Origin: Piromyces finnis finn
Lineage: Eukaryota; Fungi; Neocallimastigomycota
NCBI GenBank assembly: GCA_002104945.1
Contig: MCFH01000021.1
Span: forward strand, 682,001 to 746,000
Direction of reading: 5' to 3'
Length of the DNA: 64,000 nt
Positions 11,834 through 29,605 of the stretch are shown piece by piece. The notes beneath the pieces were generated by a model. That model had not been told where the DNA came from. It saw only the letters and a program-made list of their open reading frames with translations, and did not search any database. Positions within the stretch are counted from its first letter, which is position 1. Each line of letters starts with the position of its first letter. The translations under genes and the position numbers were made by a program.

Positions 11834-14800
11834 TAAAAGTAAAAAATACTTACAGTTGCAACTCCAGAAAAGTCTTCCTTGTCAGAATCAGCAAGGGATT
11901 GCATAACAACTGGAACAACCTTAGTTTGAAGTGGCTCAACAAATCCAGGATTTGGAGCAAGAATTTCAAATAAATCTGTAACAAAACTACACAATAATGG
12001 ATCTTTTTATTAAAAATTTTAATTATAAATAATATACAAAAAAGTTAATTTATTATTAATAATATCATAATGTATAATAAATTTACTTTTATTATAAATA
12101 ATAATACCTTCACAATTTTTAACCCAAACATTAACAATAATTGGAATAATAATTGGTTCATATTGAGCAGTTGTTTCAGGGTTAATCTAAATAATTTAAT
12201 ATGATGTTATTAAATTAAATTTTATTTATCAAAATATAAAATGAGATGCATACCATTATAATGTCTGTGAAAGTTTCAAGAATTAAAAATAGAATATCAT
12301 CTTCGGCATCATTAACCATTGGAGCCATATTTTCTAAAATGGCTGATTGGAAGGGTTGAAGTTTTTCATTTTCTAAAAATGTACAGAAACTAATAGTATA
12401 TGCCGTATCGAGTTAATATATTTCATCAACTATGTAAATAAATTAATAATTAAGAATATATTTTACCTTTTGAGTGCTTTAACTGCAGAAATTTTAACTG
12501 GGAATGGTTGATTTGGTTGTAAAGCATTGACAGCAGCAGTAACATATTGAGTTGCTAATTCATTTGGTAATGATTTAGCAAATTGACTTACAAACCATAA
12601 TGTTCTTCCTTGGAGGAATGGAAGATCTATTTTATAAATGTTGTTGATTGGATTGATAATTTAATATGTCACTATTAAACTTATTTCATACTAAAATACA
12701 AATTGTATAATATAATTTATTTACCTGAATATCCAATATCTTCTAAAATTACGTTATTGAATAAACCACCTAAATCGAATTGAATTTGATTTTGTTCAAC
12801 ACCATCAGTGATGATATTTGAACATCTACCAATAGCTAAAAGACATGATTCATGAATCTTCCACCTATTATTAATATGTATATATTTTAGTTATATTAGA
12901 CTTTTTTGCGGATTAATAAATACACTATAAATGTTTATAAAGACTTTACCAGTTTGGATTACCAGCATTACGAGAATTAATACCTTCTTGGAAGTGACGA
13001 TTTGTAGCATTAATTAAAGCATTAACAGTTTCATATGGGTAAAAAAGAGAAAGACAATCTACAATTAATTCCTGAGTTGAAATTCTAACATTAAAACTGT
13101 AGGTATCTTCATGTTCATCTTGTACGTATTGATTAACATCTGAAATCCAAAGATCCATCTATTAAATGTTATATATATTATATTCATTATTAAACCTATT
13201 TATACGTATTAAACATTTTTATTAGATTAAACAATTTAGTTACTTGTTCTTGTGTCATTTCCATATAAATTAAACAATAGTATATAATTTCTTCAATGAA
13301 TTTTTGTTGATTATGTCCTTCTGGTATTGGAATATTTATTTTTTCATTTTTCTTAAGATTTGTAGTAAATAATGACTTAAATGGTTTCTTACTTGCTAAA
13401 AGATTAAAGAACTCGAAAAGAATATAGAGGAAATTTTCCATTCCAAATGATTCTCCATCAGAATGTTCTTCAGCAAATTCACCTTCTCCATCATTAACTA
13501 CATCTTCAATATATTTTGATGATAAGTTTGTAATATGTGACCATACTACTGGAATATATTCTATTACGTATTTTGAAATCATTTTTGGGAAAGTTTCTAA
13601 TAATTTACATACAAGCTATTATTTTAATTTTACATAATAAATTATATATTAATTACAAATTATATAAATATATATAAATATATGTAACTTTTAAATAAAC
13701 ATTTACATTTAACACTTCAAGTCTTAAACCATAATCTCCAAATTCAGTATTTGGATTTGATTTTAAAAGAATAAGCATATTAGTCATCCAATTATCTAAA
13801 ACAGGACCAAGGTAATATTGAGCAGCATCTGGATGCTCTTCTTTTAAAGTATATAACATTTCAACAAAATCTCTCATTATAGCAACTGCACGAGCACGAG
13901 TTTGTGGAGAGTATAACTTAAATTATTATTATATTATTGTATATAATGAAATATATTAAACTCATATTTTTTAACTTTATATTAATTTTCTTTAAATATA
14001 ATTTATGTGAGTTACTTTTTCTTCATTAAAAATTTTAAATAATTCTGGGAAAAGAACAGGAGCAACAATTGGAAATTGTTGATCAGTAATATCATTACGA
14101 ATAAATTCACTTAAAACATACATAGCACCATGGACTTGTTTAGAATCACCACTACGAAGGTTTTCAAGTAATGAGTCAAAAAGGTGTGGCCAAGATTCTG
14201 GCCAGTCATGTTGTGCAATTCTAGAAATTGCATAAGCCTATTGAAGATGGATAATTGATTTAAGTTTATTAAAACATTAATTTTCAATTTGAAACATCAA
14301 TCATAATAAAATAAAATTATTTAACATACAAGTGCAACTCTTATTTTATTTAAATCATCAGATAAACCAATTAAAAGTTTCTCGCGGACAGCAGCTTTAG
14401 TCTTTAAATATGAAGAATTAAATATAGATATAGTAATTAATTTATAAAAACTAAAGTATATTATTACTTTTTTTTTTTTTTTTTTTAATTTATAAAGAGA
14501 TGATTACAGTTTCAGGAACTTCAGGTCCAACAAATTTTTCATCTTTTGGAGACCAGTGTGTACTAACTAAACTTTTTAAAGTGATAGCTGCCATGTATAT
14601 AAAATAAAAAATAAGATACAATAGTTATATATAATATATATATATTTTAAAATATTACAATAAATATTTGATAATAAAGGAGTTAAAGAAATATTATTTT
14701 ATTTTATTTTATTTTTTGATATATATTATTTAATATTTGTATTATTTTCAAAGGAAAAGGCTTATTAAATTTTTAATATTTAAAGGATATTTGTCTTTGA

Positions 14801-15046
14801 GCAAATGGTAATTCTTTTGCGGTAGCAATATTAATTAAAGTCAAAGCATATTCTATATTTTTATGAAGACATTTTTTTATTAATATTCCATAAACATTAT
14901 TTTTTTTATTATTAAAATTATATGAATATAATATTACCTGGATTTAAAGCAAAACTCTTTAATTTTAATTCGGCTTCCAAACGAATGTTTGGATTAGGAT
15001 CAAGACATGCTGATAAAGTTTCAAAAACGGTGGTATTAAAATCCAT
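9780..15046 (-). CDS. IPO9: Importin-9 (Kap114 ortholog), multi-exon
   Basis: Spliced protein: MDFNTTVFETLSACLDPNPNIRLEAE..., QRQMAAITLKSLVSTHWSP, AYAISRIAQHDWPESWP, WKIHESCLLAIGRC, LPFLQGRTLWFVSQFA, GIMTRSKSK, an acidic loop, DPIYQI, ending ...KKIIQGALN*. About 20 introns, GT-AG except one AT-AC. Confidence 0.92.
14595..14790 (-). other. U12-type AT-AC intron (IPO9 intron 2), 196 nt
   Basis: Minus strand reads CAA AGA CAA|ATATCCTTTA ... TTTTATATAC|ATG GCA GCT ATC. Read-through hits TAA within 6 codons, the preceding exon has no GT, and no AG lies immediately before the next exon. Confidence 0.88.
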
Positions 15047-15203
15047 AATGAATAAATATTTATTAATTCAATTACTTATATTTATCCTATAAAAAATTTA
15101 TAATATTTAATATATTATATAAAATGAGTATTTTAACATTGTTAAAATTTAAATTTTAAAAAGAAATTATAAAAGTTTTATAGCAATATTTTTTTCTATT
15201 TAT

Positions 15204-15280
15204 ATTGGTTGTCAAGTGAAAATAATTTATTTGATTTTTCTGTTTATTTTTTTCTTCTTCATTTGTATATATATTGGTTG
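15204..15280 (-). promoter_or_regulatory. Two CCAAT boxes (CAACCAAT on minus) upstream of IPO9
   Basis: ATTGGTTG at 15204-15211 and 15273-15280, about 160-230 bp upstream of the IPO9 ATG. Confidence 0.4.
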
Positions 15281-16873
15281 AGATAAAAAAAAAACATACC
15301 TTTATATTATATTTAAATTACAATAATTTTTATTTTTATTTTCTTTTTTTACAAAATTTGGGAATTTGATTTGAAATTACTAAAACTCTAAATTAAATAT
15401 TTTTATTTTTTATCTTTTCTATTTTACTAAATATAAATGAAAAAAATAAAAGATACAGTAAAATTGTGATTATTATATATTTCTAAATTTCTAGAAATTT
15501 TATTTTATTTTATTTTTTTTTTTTTAATTTTAATTTTAATAATATATATATATTTTTTTCTGTTGAAATAATAGTAAAATAGAAAGCAGTAATTTTTGTA
15601 TTATCCTTTTAACTATCGTTAAACATTTCAAATTAATAGTAATAATATATAATTATTTAGAATCAAGTAATATAAAATTAATATATCACGAGTATATTAA
15701 TTTCATTGGACAAAATGGAACATAAAATTTAAAGATAAAATTTTCATTACTATTAAAGAAATTGAAGTTAGAAGAAATATTGTTAATACAATAATGTATT
15801 ATTATTATTACTTAAAAAAATATTATAATAATATTTGAAATCTTTCTATTATTATTCTTTATATTTTATTACTAAGAAGGAAAAGACTATAATATAGTAA
15901 TTTAAATATATACTATAATTCATTTTAAATAAAATGTAGATCGAGAATTAAATATTTACCAATAAAAAATATATTTAAAAATTTTGTATACAATATATAT
16001 ATTATATTTTAGAAATCACTTTTTTATATTAGCACTTTTTTGAATAATAAAACTGATTTTATTATTTAAAAATTTAATAGTTTTTTATAATGTACATATG
16101 AAAAAATATATCTCTTTCACTCTATACCAACGTTTTTTTATCATTACTATAACCTTATATTACTTATAAAAAATATAAAAAGTATTAAATTTAGATTCTT
16201 TTTGTATACCTTTTTTTCATTGGAGATTTATTTTTTTTTTGCTTACTTCAACAAATAATACAATATAATAATATATTGAGAATATAATCTAATATATTAT
16301 ACTATATAAGTTTTATTTTATTTTATTTTATATATATATATATATATATTTTTTTTTTTTAATTTTAAATTTTAACACCAAATCAACTTTATAATAAAGA
16401 AGTTTAAAGGAATTTAAAATTTAGATTTCTTAAAATCTTCACATCTTGTTTAAATATAAATTTAAGTAGTTTATTTCATTATTTTATATCTTTTATTTTT
16501 ATTTATTTATTTTCCCCATTTATTAGAAAGGTAAGAACGAATAAAAATGAATAAATATACAAAAATACTTATATATTATTATTATATAACAATATTTTTT
16601 ATGTTTAATTTACAAATTAACTAATTAATTAATTAATTAATTAGTTAATTAATAATAGTATCATTACTTTTGATATTGGTTTATTGATTTATTAAATTTT
16701 ATATTATAAATAGAATTGTTTTAATATATTATACACTATATAATACTTCTTTTAAATTAGTAATAAATTTCTAATTCCATTTTTTATTAACAATTCACTT
16801 TATTTTTTAAATCATTTTATATCTATATATATATACTATTTTATAATTTTCAGATTGTCATAATTAAAACAAT

Positions 16874-20521
<3,648 letters not shown>

Positions 20522-23193
20522 ATTCATTAACTTATATTAGAAAGAAATTTAAAAATTTTCAACCTTCTTTTTTTTATTTTTCTAAAAAGATTTTAAACTT
20601 TAGTCAGTATAAAATAAATTATAAAATTGATTATTTATTTTTTCATTATATATTTACAATAAAGATAATATTAAATAAAAATAATTAAAAATTAAAAATA
20701 AATATTAAGGTAATGAGTGTTGAATATTTTTTATAGATATACATTTTTATTATTTATAAAGCTACTCATAATACAAAAAAAATAGAAAAAAAAAAAAAAA
20801 AATAAAATTGATGATTGAATATTTATTTTTAAAAAATAGTATTATAAATTTTACAGGAAATAATAAAAAAACAAATATAAAAATTAATGAGAAACTTTTT
20901 CTATATAGATTTTTATTTTATCTTCTTTCTAATTAAACAACTTTTTAAACTTTGTTATTTCAGATAAATAGAATATATCTTTTATTAATTAAAAAAAAAA
21001 AAAAAAAAAAAACGAATTATTCAATTTAATTTATTTTTAACTTAAATTTTAACAATTTTATGGTTAACTAAATATTTGATATTCTGATACATTAATAAAT
21101 AAAAAAACATTGAACTGTTAAAAAATATTTATAAAATAGAAATAGAAATAGTTGTAATTTATTAAGTAAGCTATTATTCTTTTTTAAAGTGCTTTTTTTT
21201 TTTAATGTTTTCTTTTGAGAAATTATTTTATGGTAATTAAAATATTTATTTTTTAAGAATTTTTGTGCTTTATATTAAATTAAATTTTAACTTTAAAAGG
21301 TATTGCATGTTTAATATAAAAAGTTTAAATATTAATAAAAATAATTTTAGATTTTGAAATTTAATTTAATAAATTTAATGTAATATATTTTGATAATATA
21401 TTATGATTATATTCAAAAAACTTTAAATTGGAATGATAATACTAAATTTGTTTGGTATAAAGTTTTATAGTATAGGATAAGATATCAAATATATTTTTAT
21501 TATTATTATCATCATCATCATAAAAATAAAACAAAAAGTTCACATATTTGTGTAAATTCAAAATTTAAAAGTATTGTGTGTTATATAATTGATATTATAT
21601 ATTTTTTAAAAAATATTCAAAGTTCCAGAATTGCGTTAATTATATACATTTTAAAAAAAAAATATTAATACTATCAAAAAGAATTAATAAAAAATTATGA
21701 CCAATTAATTTTTCTATTCATTTTAATAATAAATAAAATTTTAACCCTTAACTTAATAATGATAAATATTTTTTTTGTTTCAATTGATTAAATAATATAT
21801 TATAATATATTCTAAATAATATAAGATTAATTTCAAGTTTTCTATTTATAATATAATAAATATTATTATATTATTAATTATATTTCGTAAGATTACCCTA
21901 AAAAAATATATTTTATTATTTTTAAATAAATCTATTATTAAAATTAAATAATGATGCTATTATTTAAAAAAAAAAAAAAAAAAAAACGTATTATATAAAA
22001 TAAAATTTCATTATTATTTTTTTTAAAATTTAATTTTAAAATTTATTAAATTTAATAACTGTCTAAAAAAATATTTATATTTTTTTATACTTTTCCTTTC
22101 TTTTCCATTACCTTTTTTTTTTTATAATTCAAAACATTAACTAAAAATTATAAATAAATTTATATAAAAAAAAATTAATATAACATTAGGAATAACATTA
22201 AAAATCTCGTATACAGGGAATAATCAATTTAAAATTAAAAGATTGAAAGGAATATTAATTGTTAATTAAAACACTAAAAATAATAAAGCAACGAAGCATT
22301 CCTTTTTTTTTTTTTTTTAACTAAATTTAAGAATAAACCAAGGATTAAGAAAAAAAAAAAACATATAATTCCAATAAATTAATAATTAAGAAAATAAAAT
22401 AATTCTATTTATTGAAAAATATAATATTTTAATATTTTTCAATATGCCTAAAGAATTATAAAGCTTAGTTTTTCAAAGGAAAAGTTGTTTTTCTTTTCTA
22501 AATGACATCAATAAGTTTACAAGCTAATAATATTTTAATGAAAATATAATCAAAATAATTGATTATAATTAAAAATAATATAAAAACTATTTTTTAATAA
22601 CGATTCACAATTCATTTATATTGCCTTTTTTAATTAAAATCAAAAGAAAGTTTTTTTTTCTTTTAAATGAAATAACAAAATTAAAATATATTTCATATAA
22701 AATTTAAATCCAGCTTTTAAAAAATTATATTAACAATTATGAAATCATGAAAAATAATTTTTTATTATATCTTAAATAATAATTTAAATTTAAAGAAGAT
22801 AAATTTTATATAAACAAAAATTATTTATAATAATTGAATTTAATTTGCACAAAATATTAACTTTAAAAACAAGCCATTTCACAAATTTAAAAATTAATAG
22901 CTTAATAATAAATAATTAAATAACAATTGTAAATATATATGTATATGAAATTACTTATGTATAAATTATAAAAATAAAGAATTAGCTATTCAAAAATTTG
23001 AAATTCATAATTACTAAAAGAATAAAAACAAGATATATATCATATAGTCATATAGTATTATTATATTTTAAATAAAGGAAAGCATATATATATATAAAAG
23101 AAAAATAAAATTAAATCCAAATTTAAAGAAGTTAAAATAATTTAAAATTTAATTATTTAACAAAGTGTAATTTAATTAAATAATATTACAAAA

Positions 23194-25609
23194 ATGAAAA
23201 TGACTAATAATAACGATGCTATTGGTATTGTATCAAATACATTATATAGTAATTATATGCACACGTAATAATACAATATTTATATAAATATTTGTTTTTT
23301 TTTTTATTTGCTTTTTATAATAGGAAATGGTGAAGGTGGTGGAACAATAAAAAATAAAATATCGAATTCTAACTCAAGCCAAATAAATCAATCAATTGTA
23401 AAATTATTATCTTCTAATAATAGTTCTCCGTCATCATTACCAATAATGAAATCATCTTCAATAACTTATGTAACCTCAGAAACTACAACATCTTCATTAA
23501 TTAATTCAACATTAACTCCAAATCAGATTATAAATAATGTTGAAAATGAAATTATCAAAAGAGATAGTAATGATATTAAAAGTGCAAACCAAATTAAATA
23601 TGATGAAAGTTTTAGTATAACCAATGGTATTAACAAAGCAACACAGTATAATAAAAGTCCAAAACATACAACAAGAAGTAATAGTACTCATAGTTTAGAT
23701 GAATATTATTCTTCTTCACCTATTCCTACTCCAAAAGCACGTTCAATAACTAAATCAAACACCATTCCATTACCATCATATTCATTCAACACAAATAATA
23801 GTTCAAATTCTTCATTAAGTAACATAGATGAATGTTTAAATGAATATGGATATTTTTATTCCGAGGAAGAGTTGGATACATATAAAAACGTTGCTAACTT
23901 TATTTGCAAAATAGCACAATTAATTCTTCGTTCTCGTGTTGGTCTTAGTTATAATCATAATTATAACATCAAAATAAATAAGAAAAATAAGAATAAAGAA
24001 ACTCCAATTGATAAAAATAGTAGTTCTTTAAATTCATGTACAAATTCATTTTCAAATATGTGTATTGAGGCTACTTATGCATCATCTATATCATCTAATG
24101 AATCACAAACTCAATTTATTCCTTATTCTTTAAATTCCTCTTATAATTCATCTTTTGATAACTCATATACTTCAACCAAGATATTAAATTCTATGAATTC
24201 TTTTAATAGGGACAATAATTTTCATATACCAACACCTTCAATTGATAACATTAAACAATTACATAATCTACTTATAGACCGTATACCATTTTGGAAAAAT
24301 CGTATTCCCATAAATATTGATATTTTTGCAAACAAATGTGATTATGGTAAAAAAGGAAATGAAGGTTACAGAAGAAGAAGTAATGAATACAGTTATAGTA
24401 ATGATTTAGATAAAGATTATGAGAGTAGTTTTAATAAAGTGAGTGATTTTCAATCATCATCAACAAGAGTTAGATCATCTTCAATATCAAATATATATCC
24501 TACATTTAAAAAGACGCCTTCAACTAGTTCATCAAACAAATTTAATAATAAACGCCTATTAGAACGTTGGGTAGTATCTTATGAATTAAATGATGAATTA
24601 GAATCAATAACTAAGGGAAGAAATTCAAAGATTGATACCACTGACTTTATTCTTTTAGTTCAGTCTCTCTATTCATATATTCGTTTAATGCCACTTCATT
24701 CCCTTCTCTCAGATAATTCAATTAAAAAAACTGATTTACAATATTGTATATCAACTGCAGATGGCTTTTTACTTTTACCGCTTCTTGAAGAACAAAATAA
24801 TGATATTGAATATTGCCACATTGGTTCGTCAGGTTTTGATCTTTCTGCAAAATTAAAAGTATATAAATTTAATAAAGCTTCCACAAATTTAGGAAATTTA
24901 AATATTTCAGTTGTATATGATGCTAATGTAAATAACAAAAATCCAGCAGTTTATCCTTCTAACTATTCACATATTCATTCTAAATCACTATCAACTATAT
25001 CTTCATCTTTTTTATGTAATGATACTAATCTTAATACACAAGCGTTTAATAAAGTTAATAGTAATCAGTTAAATATATCGAATTCATTATCTTCATGTGA
25101 TAAATCAATTTCAAAATCAAATAATGATTTAAATGATTCTTCTGTAAAAACTATTACTGTTGAGGATAAAACTTCTAAAGATAAGAAAGTAAATTTTAAT
25201 TATATAATTAAAAAAAAAAAAAAAACATGTATTTAATTATAAAATTTATTAATTATAAAATGATATAATTAAAATCAATTATTTTATTTATAGGACGAGA
25301 AATCTGATACCCCTACTGATGATGAATCATCTTCTCCTAATAGTAGAAGAAAATCATGTCCAACCATTGGTAGTCCATTTCCTAGTCCGAAAACTCATAC
25401 TAAAGTTTTGTCTTTAACACAGAATAAATATTCAAATCAAACACAGAATCCATTATTTTCTTCAACACCAAATTTAATTCATAAATTAGTTAACAAACAA
25501 CGTTTAGAAAAATATAGTAGTTCTGTTCACTCTTTATCCGATAACAATTCATTATCATCTCAATCAAATTTATTATTATCAGGATTTAATTATAAAAGTA
25601 TTAATTTAA

Positions 25610-25670
<61 letters not shown>

Positions 25671-27817
25671 ATTTTTTTTTAAATTAATAACATAAATATT
25701 CAATTTTACTAATATTTAAAACATATATGAAAATTAGAATCCAATGTGACGGATTTCAATAAAAATAAAATTTTAGGTCAAGAATCACCAAGTAATAAAA
25801 GCTTGTATCATTCATACCCTGCTCATTCAAATAGGAACAATAGTTATCAAAATAATTCAATGGAATTATTTGGTAGTTTAGTTGGATCATATGAGGTACA
25901 TTTCCTAGATAAATAAAATTTAATTCAATTTTTATATATTATGGGATATTAAAAAATTATTATAAAACGTTTTTATTTATTTATTTTTGTGATTTTTTTT
26001 AAATATTTGTATATTTTAGGAATCAATTCTTAGTGGTAGAATGTCAACTTTACCATCTAAACCAATTAAATTTATATCTGAAATTGGAGTTATAGGTTTT
26101 GGTAAATGCCATCCTCGTTTGAAATGCCCACCACATATTAATATTACTTTCCCGGTATATTTTTATGAAATTCCAGATCAAAATGATTTTTTTACGACAC
26201 CTTATGTTGGTACAGTAGATATTGAACAATATCTTCAAAAACAATATTTAATAAAACAACAAAAATTGCAACAAAAACAGCAAGAAAGTCAATCTATATC
26301 ATTAAAAGATGAACCAGAAGAAAAATTGAATATTGACCAAACTACTACAGAGTCAGTAATATTAACATCAATGAATAAAGTAGAGAATGAAAATCAAAAT
26401 AATAAGAATAATTCATTAATTCCATCATCTACTATTCTGTTGAATAATGAACCAATGTTAGCACGAACCTCATCTTCTAGTTCTCTTAATGGTTTAAGTT
26501 CTAAATTTCCTGGTTACCGTATTCCTTATAAAGGACAAATTCAAGTGGTAAAATCAAATTTTTTATATTATTTTAACTTTTTCAATATTAATAACATTAA
26601 TTTGTTTTTATTAATATTTTATACATTTATTTATTTAGATCATTAAAAATCCAAGTAAAACAGCTGTTAAAGTATTTCTTATACCATATGATTTCCATGA
26701 TATGCCACCAAATTCCAAAACATTTATTCGTCAAAAATCATATTTAAAGGATAGTAGAAATCCAAAAGACCCAAAATCATCATTAAGATATGCAATTCAG
26801 TTACAGTTTGTGTCGCCATCAAAAAAGAGATTATATCTTTGTAAAACATTAAGGGTAGTATTTGCTCATAAAGCTCCAGAGAAAGATGAAAAGCTTTATA
26901 CTATTTCTGATGGACCTATTAATCCAAAGTACATACCAATAGTAGATATAAACAATAAAAATTATAGTCAGAATTCAAACGACTATAGTCAAGAAAAGTT
27001 CATTGGTGGTACCAAATCAATAATGAAACCCAATGAAAAAGGATCTTCTATTTCAAAGGATGAAAGTAATGTTTTTTCATCCTCTTATTCTTCAAGACGC
27101 CGTAGTAGTTTTGGTTCAAATATGATGATGTTGGCAGAAATGGGTGTTAATTTAGGAGACTATAGTGTTTCACCTGTTAAGCCTATTTTAATACATCAGC
27201 ATCGTCAAACAACATCAGGTGGAAATTATAGTAGTATAAATAGTGGTAGTTATGTAAGTAATAATTTGAATGGATTAGGTATATATACACCAACGACTTC
27301 CACTACTTCTACTAAAATTACAAAACCACTTTACTTTAAAGGAAATTCACCTAATGTGTGTCCATTTGATATCCATAAGCGTAATGACCCCAAAGATATT
27401 TCACAAGAGGACATTAATCTTGTTCAACCACCCTTACCATACTTTTCTAATTCATCAAAAACCTTAAAATATTTGCATACTCATCAATATTCCTATTTAT
27501 CTAAAAACCTTGAACATCTTTCAAATAAACTTCCACCTAAAGCTGAAGAATCTATTATAGGTACATCTTATGATTTATCTAATCCAAATTATTCCTCAGG
27601 TGGTTTAACAAAGAGTGTTAATGATATTGAAGAGGAAGACTACTATTCAAAATCCTCTAAATCTACAACTGGACTCTCTAACTTCACTACAAAACGTTCT
27701 TTAAGAAAACTCACTGAATCTTCACTTAATGACGACAATACAGATAATGAGGGACGAGAGGAAGAATCTAATTCTTTATCATCCACACAATTGAAAGTTT
27801 TCAATTATATAAATTAA
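23194..27817 (+). CDS. ATOS: Atos/FAM214 homolog (DUF4210 + Chromosome_seg domains) with an N-terminal HORMA-like region; start codon uncertain
   Basis: LFGSLVGSYE|ESILSGRMSTLPSKPIKFISEIGVIGFGKC...LKCPPHINITFPVYFY (DUF4210). GYRIPYKGQIQV|IIKNPSKTAVKVFLIPYDFHDMPPNSKTFIRQK...LRYAIQLQF...LYLCKTLRVVF (Chromosome_seg). Internal exons join in phase; the first short exon 23194-23224 is tentative. Confidence 0.88.
25612..25669 (+). repeat. (TTA)n microsatellite in an ATOS intron
   Basis: Direct reading; explains the poly-Leu tail of ORF 25408..25671. Confidence 0.9.
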
Positions 27818-27879
27818 ATACTATTACTACTAATATATTATCTTGATATAAACATTTTTTATATATTCAACAATTTACT

Positions 27880-27900
27880 CCCTCCCTCCCTAAACCCCCC
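27880..27900 (-). other. Canonical G-quadruplex motif GGGGGG-TTTA-GGG-A-GGG-A-GGG (C-rich on the ATOS sense strand), just 3' of the ATOS stop codon
   Basis: Plus strand CCCTCCCTCCCTAAACCCCCC, 63 nt after the stop, in otherwise very AT-rich DNA. Confidence 0.6.
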
Positions 27901-28356
27901 TTTTTTTTTAATCTTTTTAAAGTATATTCAATAATTTTTATTAAATAACACGTTTCAGAAAATTGCCCAATTATTGTTATTTTTTTTAAAACTTTTTCTT
28001 TTTATTAGTCTTATTAAAAGTATATAGTATTTTTATGTATTTTTTTTTCTCATATTCTATCTTTTACATATACTACTTTTCTTATATTGAAAGATAAGAA
28101 GAATAAAAAAGAAAAACATTAGATAGTATTTCGTCTGTATATATATAAATAGTTATATAAATATACAAATATAAAAACTGATAAATATAAAAATGTTTTT
28201 ATATTAATAAATTTAATAGTAAATAAATCATTTATATATTTATATCATAATCTCTGTGTGTGTAATATCAACGGACAAAGGAAAATATTAATAAAATTTT
28301 CCACTTTTTATTTATTTAATTTTATGAAAAGATGCTATTAACTTTATAACTAAATG

Positions 28357-28486
<130 letters not shown>

Positions 28487-29605
28487 TTTCACTTTATAAA
28501 ATATTTTTTTTTAAATAAATAAATATATATATATGTAGTTATTAAATGATTTTTAGTATAGATTTTTTTTTTAGCTATACATGTACTTTGAACAAAAAAG
28601 TGAAATGCGTTTTCTAAAACACCTCAACGAAAGTAACTTTCAAATTGAATATGTATTATTATTTAAAACTTACTAAGTCTTAATTATTAATAAAATATTT
28701 AAACACCAACTATTTTGGTAAAATATCAATAATAATATCAATTAATAGTATATAAAAAATCTTCATTTGAATAAATCAACTACACTGCCTTTTCTTTTAA
28801 TGAACAAATAAGGAATTTTTTTAACATCCCTTTAAATTAAAAAAAAAATTTTTTATAAATAATTTTTATAAATAAAAAATCAATATAAGAATATTATATG
28901 TAATAATAATAAATCGATTAAAATTTAAATTAATTTAAATTTCAAATTAATTAAAATTTTATGGCGTTCGTTTATTTTTATTGTATATATTACACCACAA
29001 ATTATTTTTTTAGTTTAATAATAATATATCATTATATTAAAAATTGATAAATCCTAATAAAAATAGAAAAGTATTAAATTAATTTTTTTTTAAAATTTTT
29101 TACTCTATATAGTAATAAATGTAATGAATTATATATATTATATATATTTCTAATATAAATTAATAAATACATTTTAAATTTTGTAAGAAGACTTTTCTGC
29201 TGATATTTTTTTAATTAAATTAGATTTTTCTTGGATTAATGAATCATTATATAAATAAGCTAATATTGAACATAACTTTTTTTTTTCTTTGAAACAAAAT
29301 AATCAAAAAAAAAAAAAAAAAAACACCTTTATTTATAATAATAAAGAAAAATATTAATAAAATAATATTATATCCTATAAATAACGAAAATAATAATAAT
29401 TATAATTAAAAAAAAAATAAATAACTAAAATAATAATTATAATTAAAAAAAATAAAAAAGACCAATAATAAAGACATTTAAATAATATTAATTCAACATA
29501 ATAAAATCTATTGATAAGAATCTTAAAATAGTTATTAAAATTAAGAATAAATAAATATTATTACAAGACAACATTTATATAGTAAAATTATATTCAATAA
29601 TAAAA

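Noticed and set aside
29385-29460. ~35-bp direct repeat upstream of the DUF4203 gene; also a 29-bp direct repeat at 55491-55571
   Set aside because: Two AT-only copies, consistent with local slippage duplication. No spacer array, terminal inverted repeats or target-site duplication suggesting CRISPR or a MITE.
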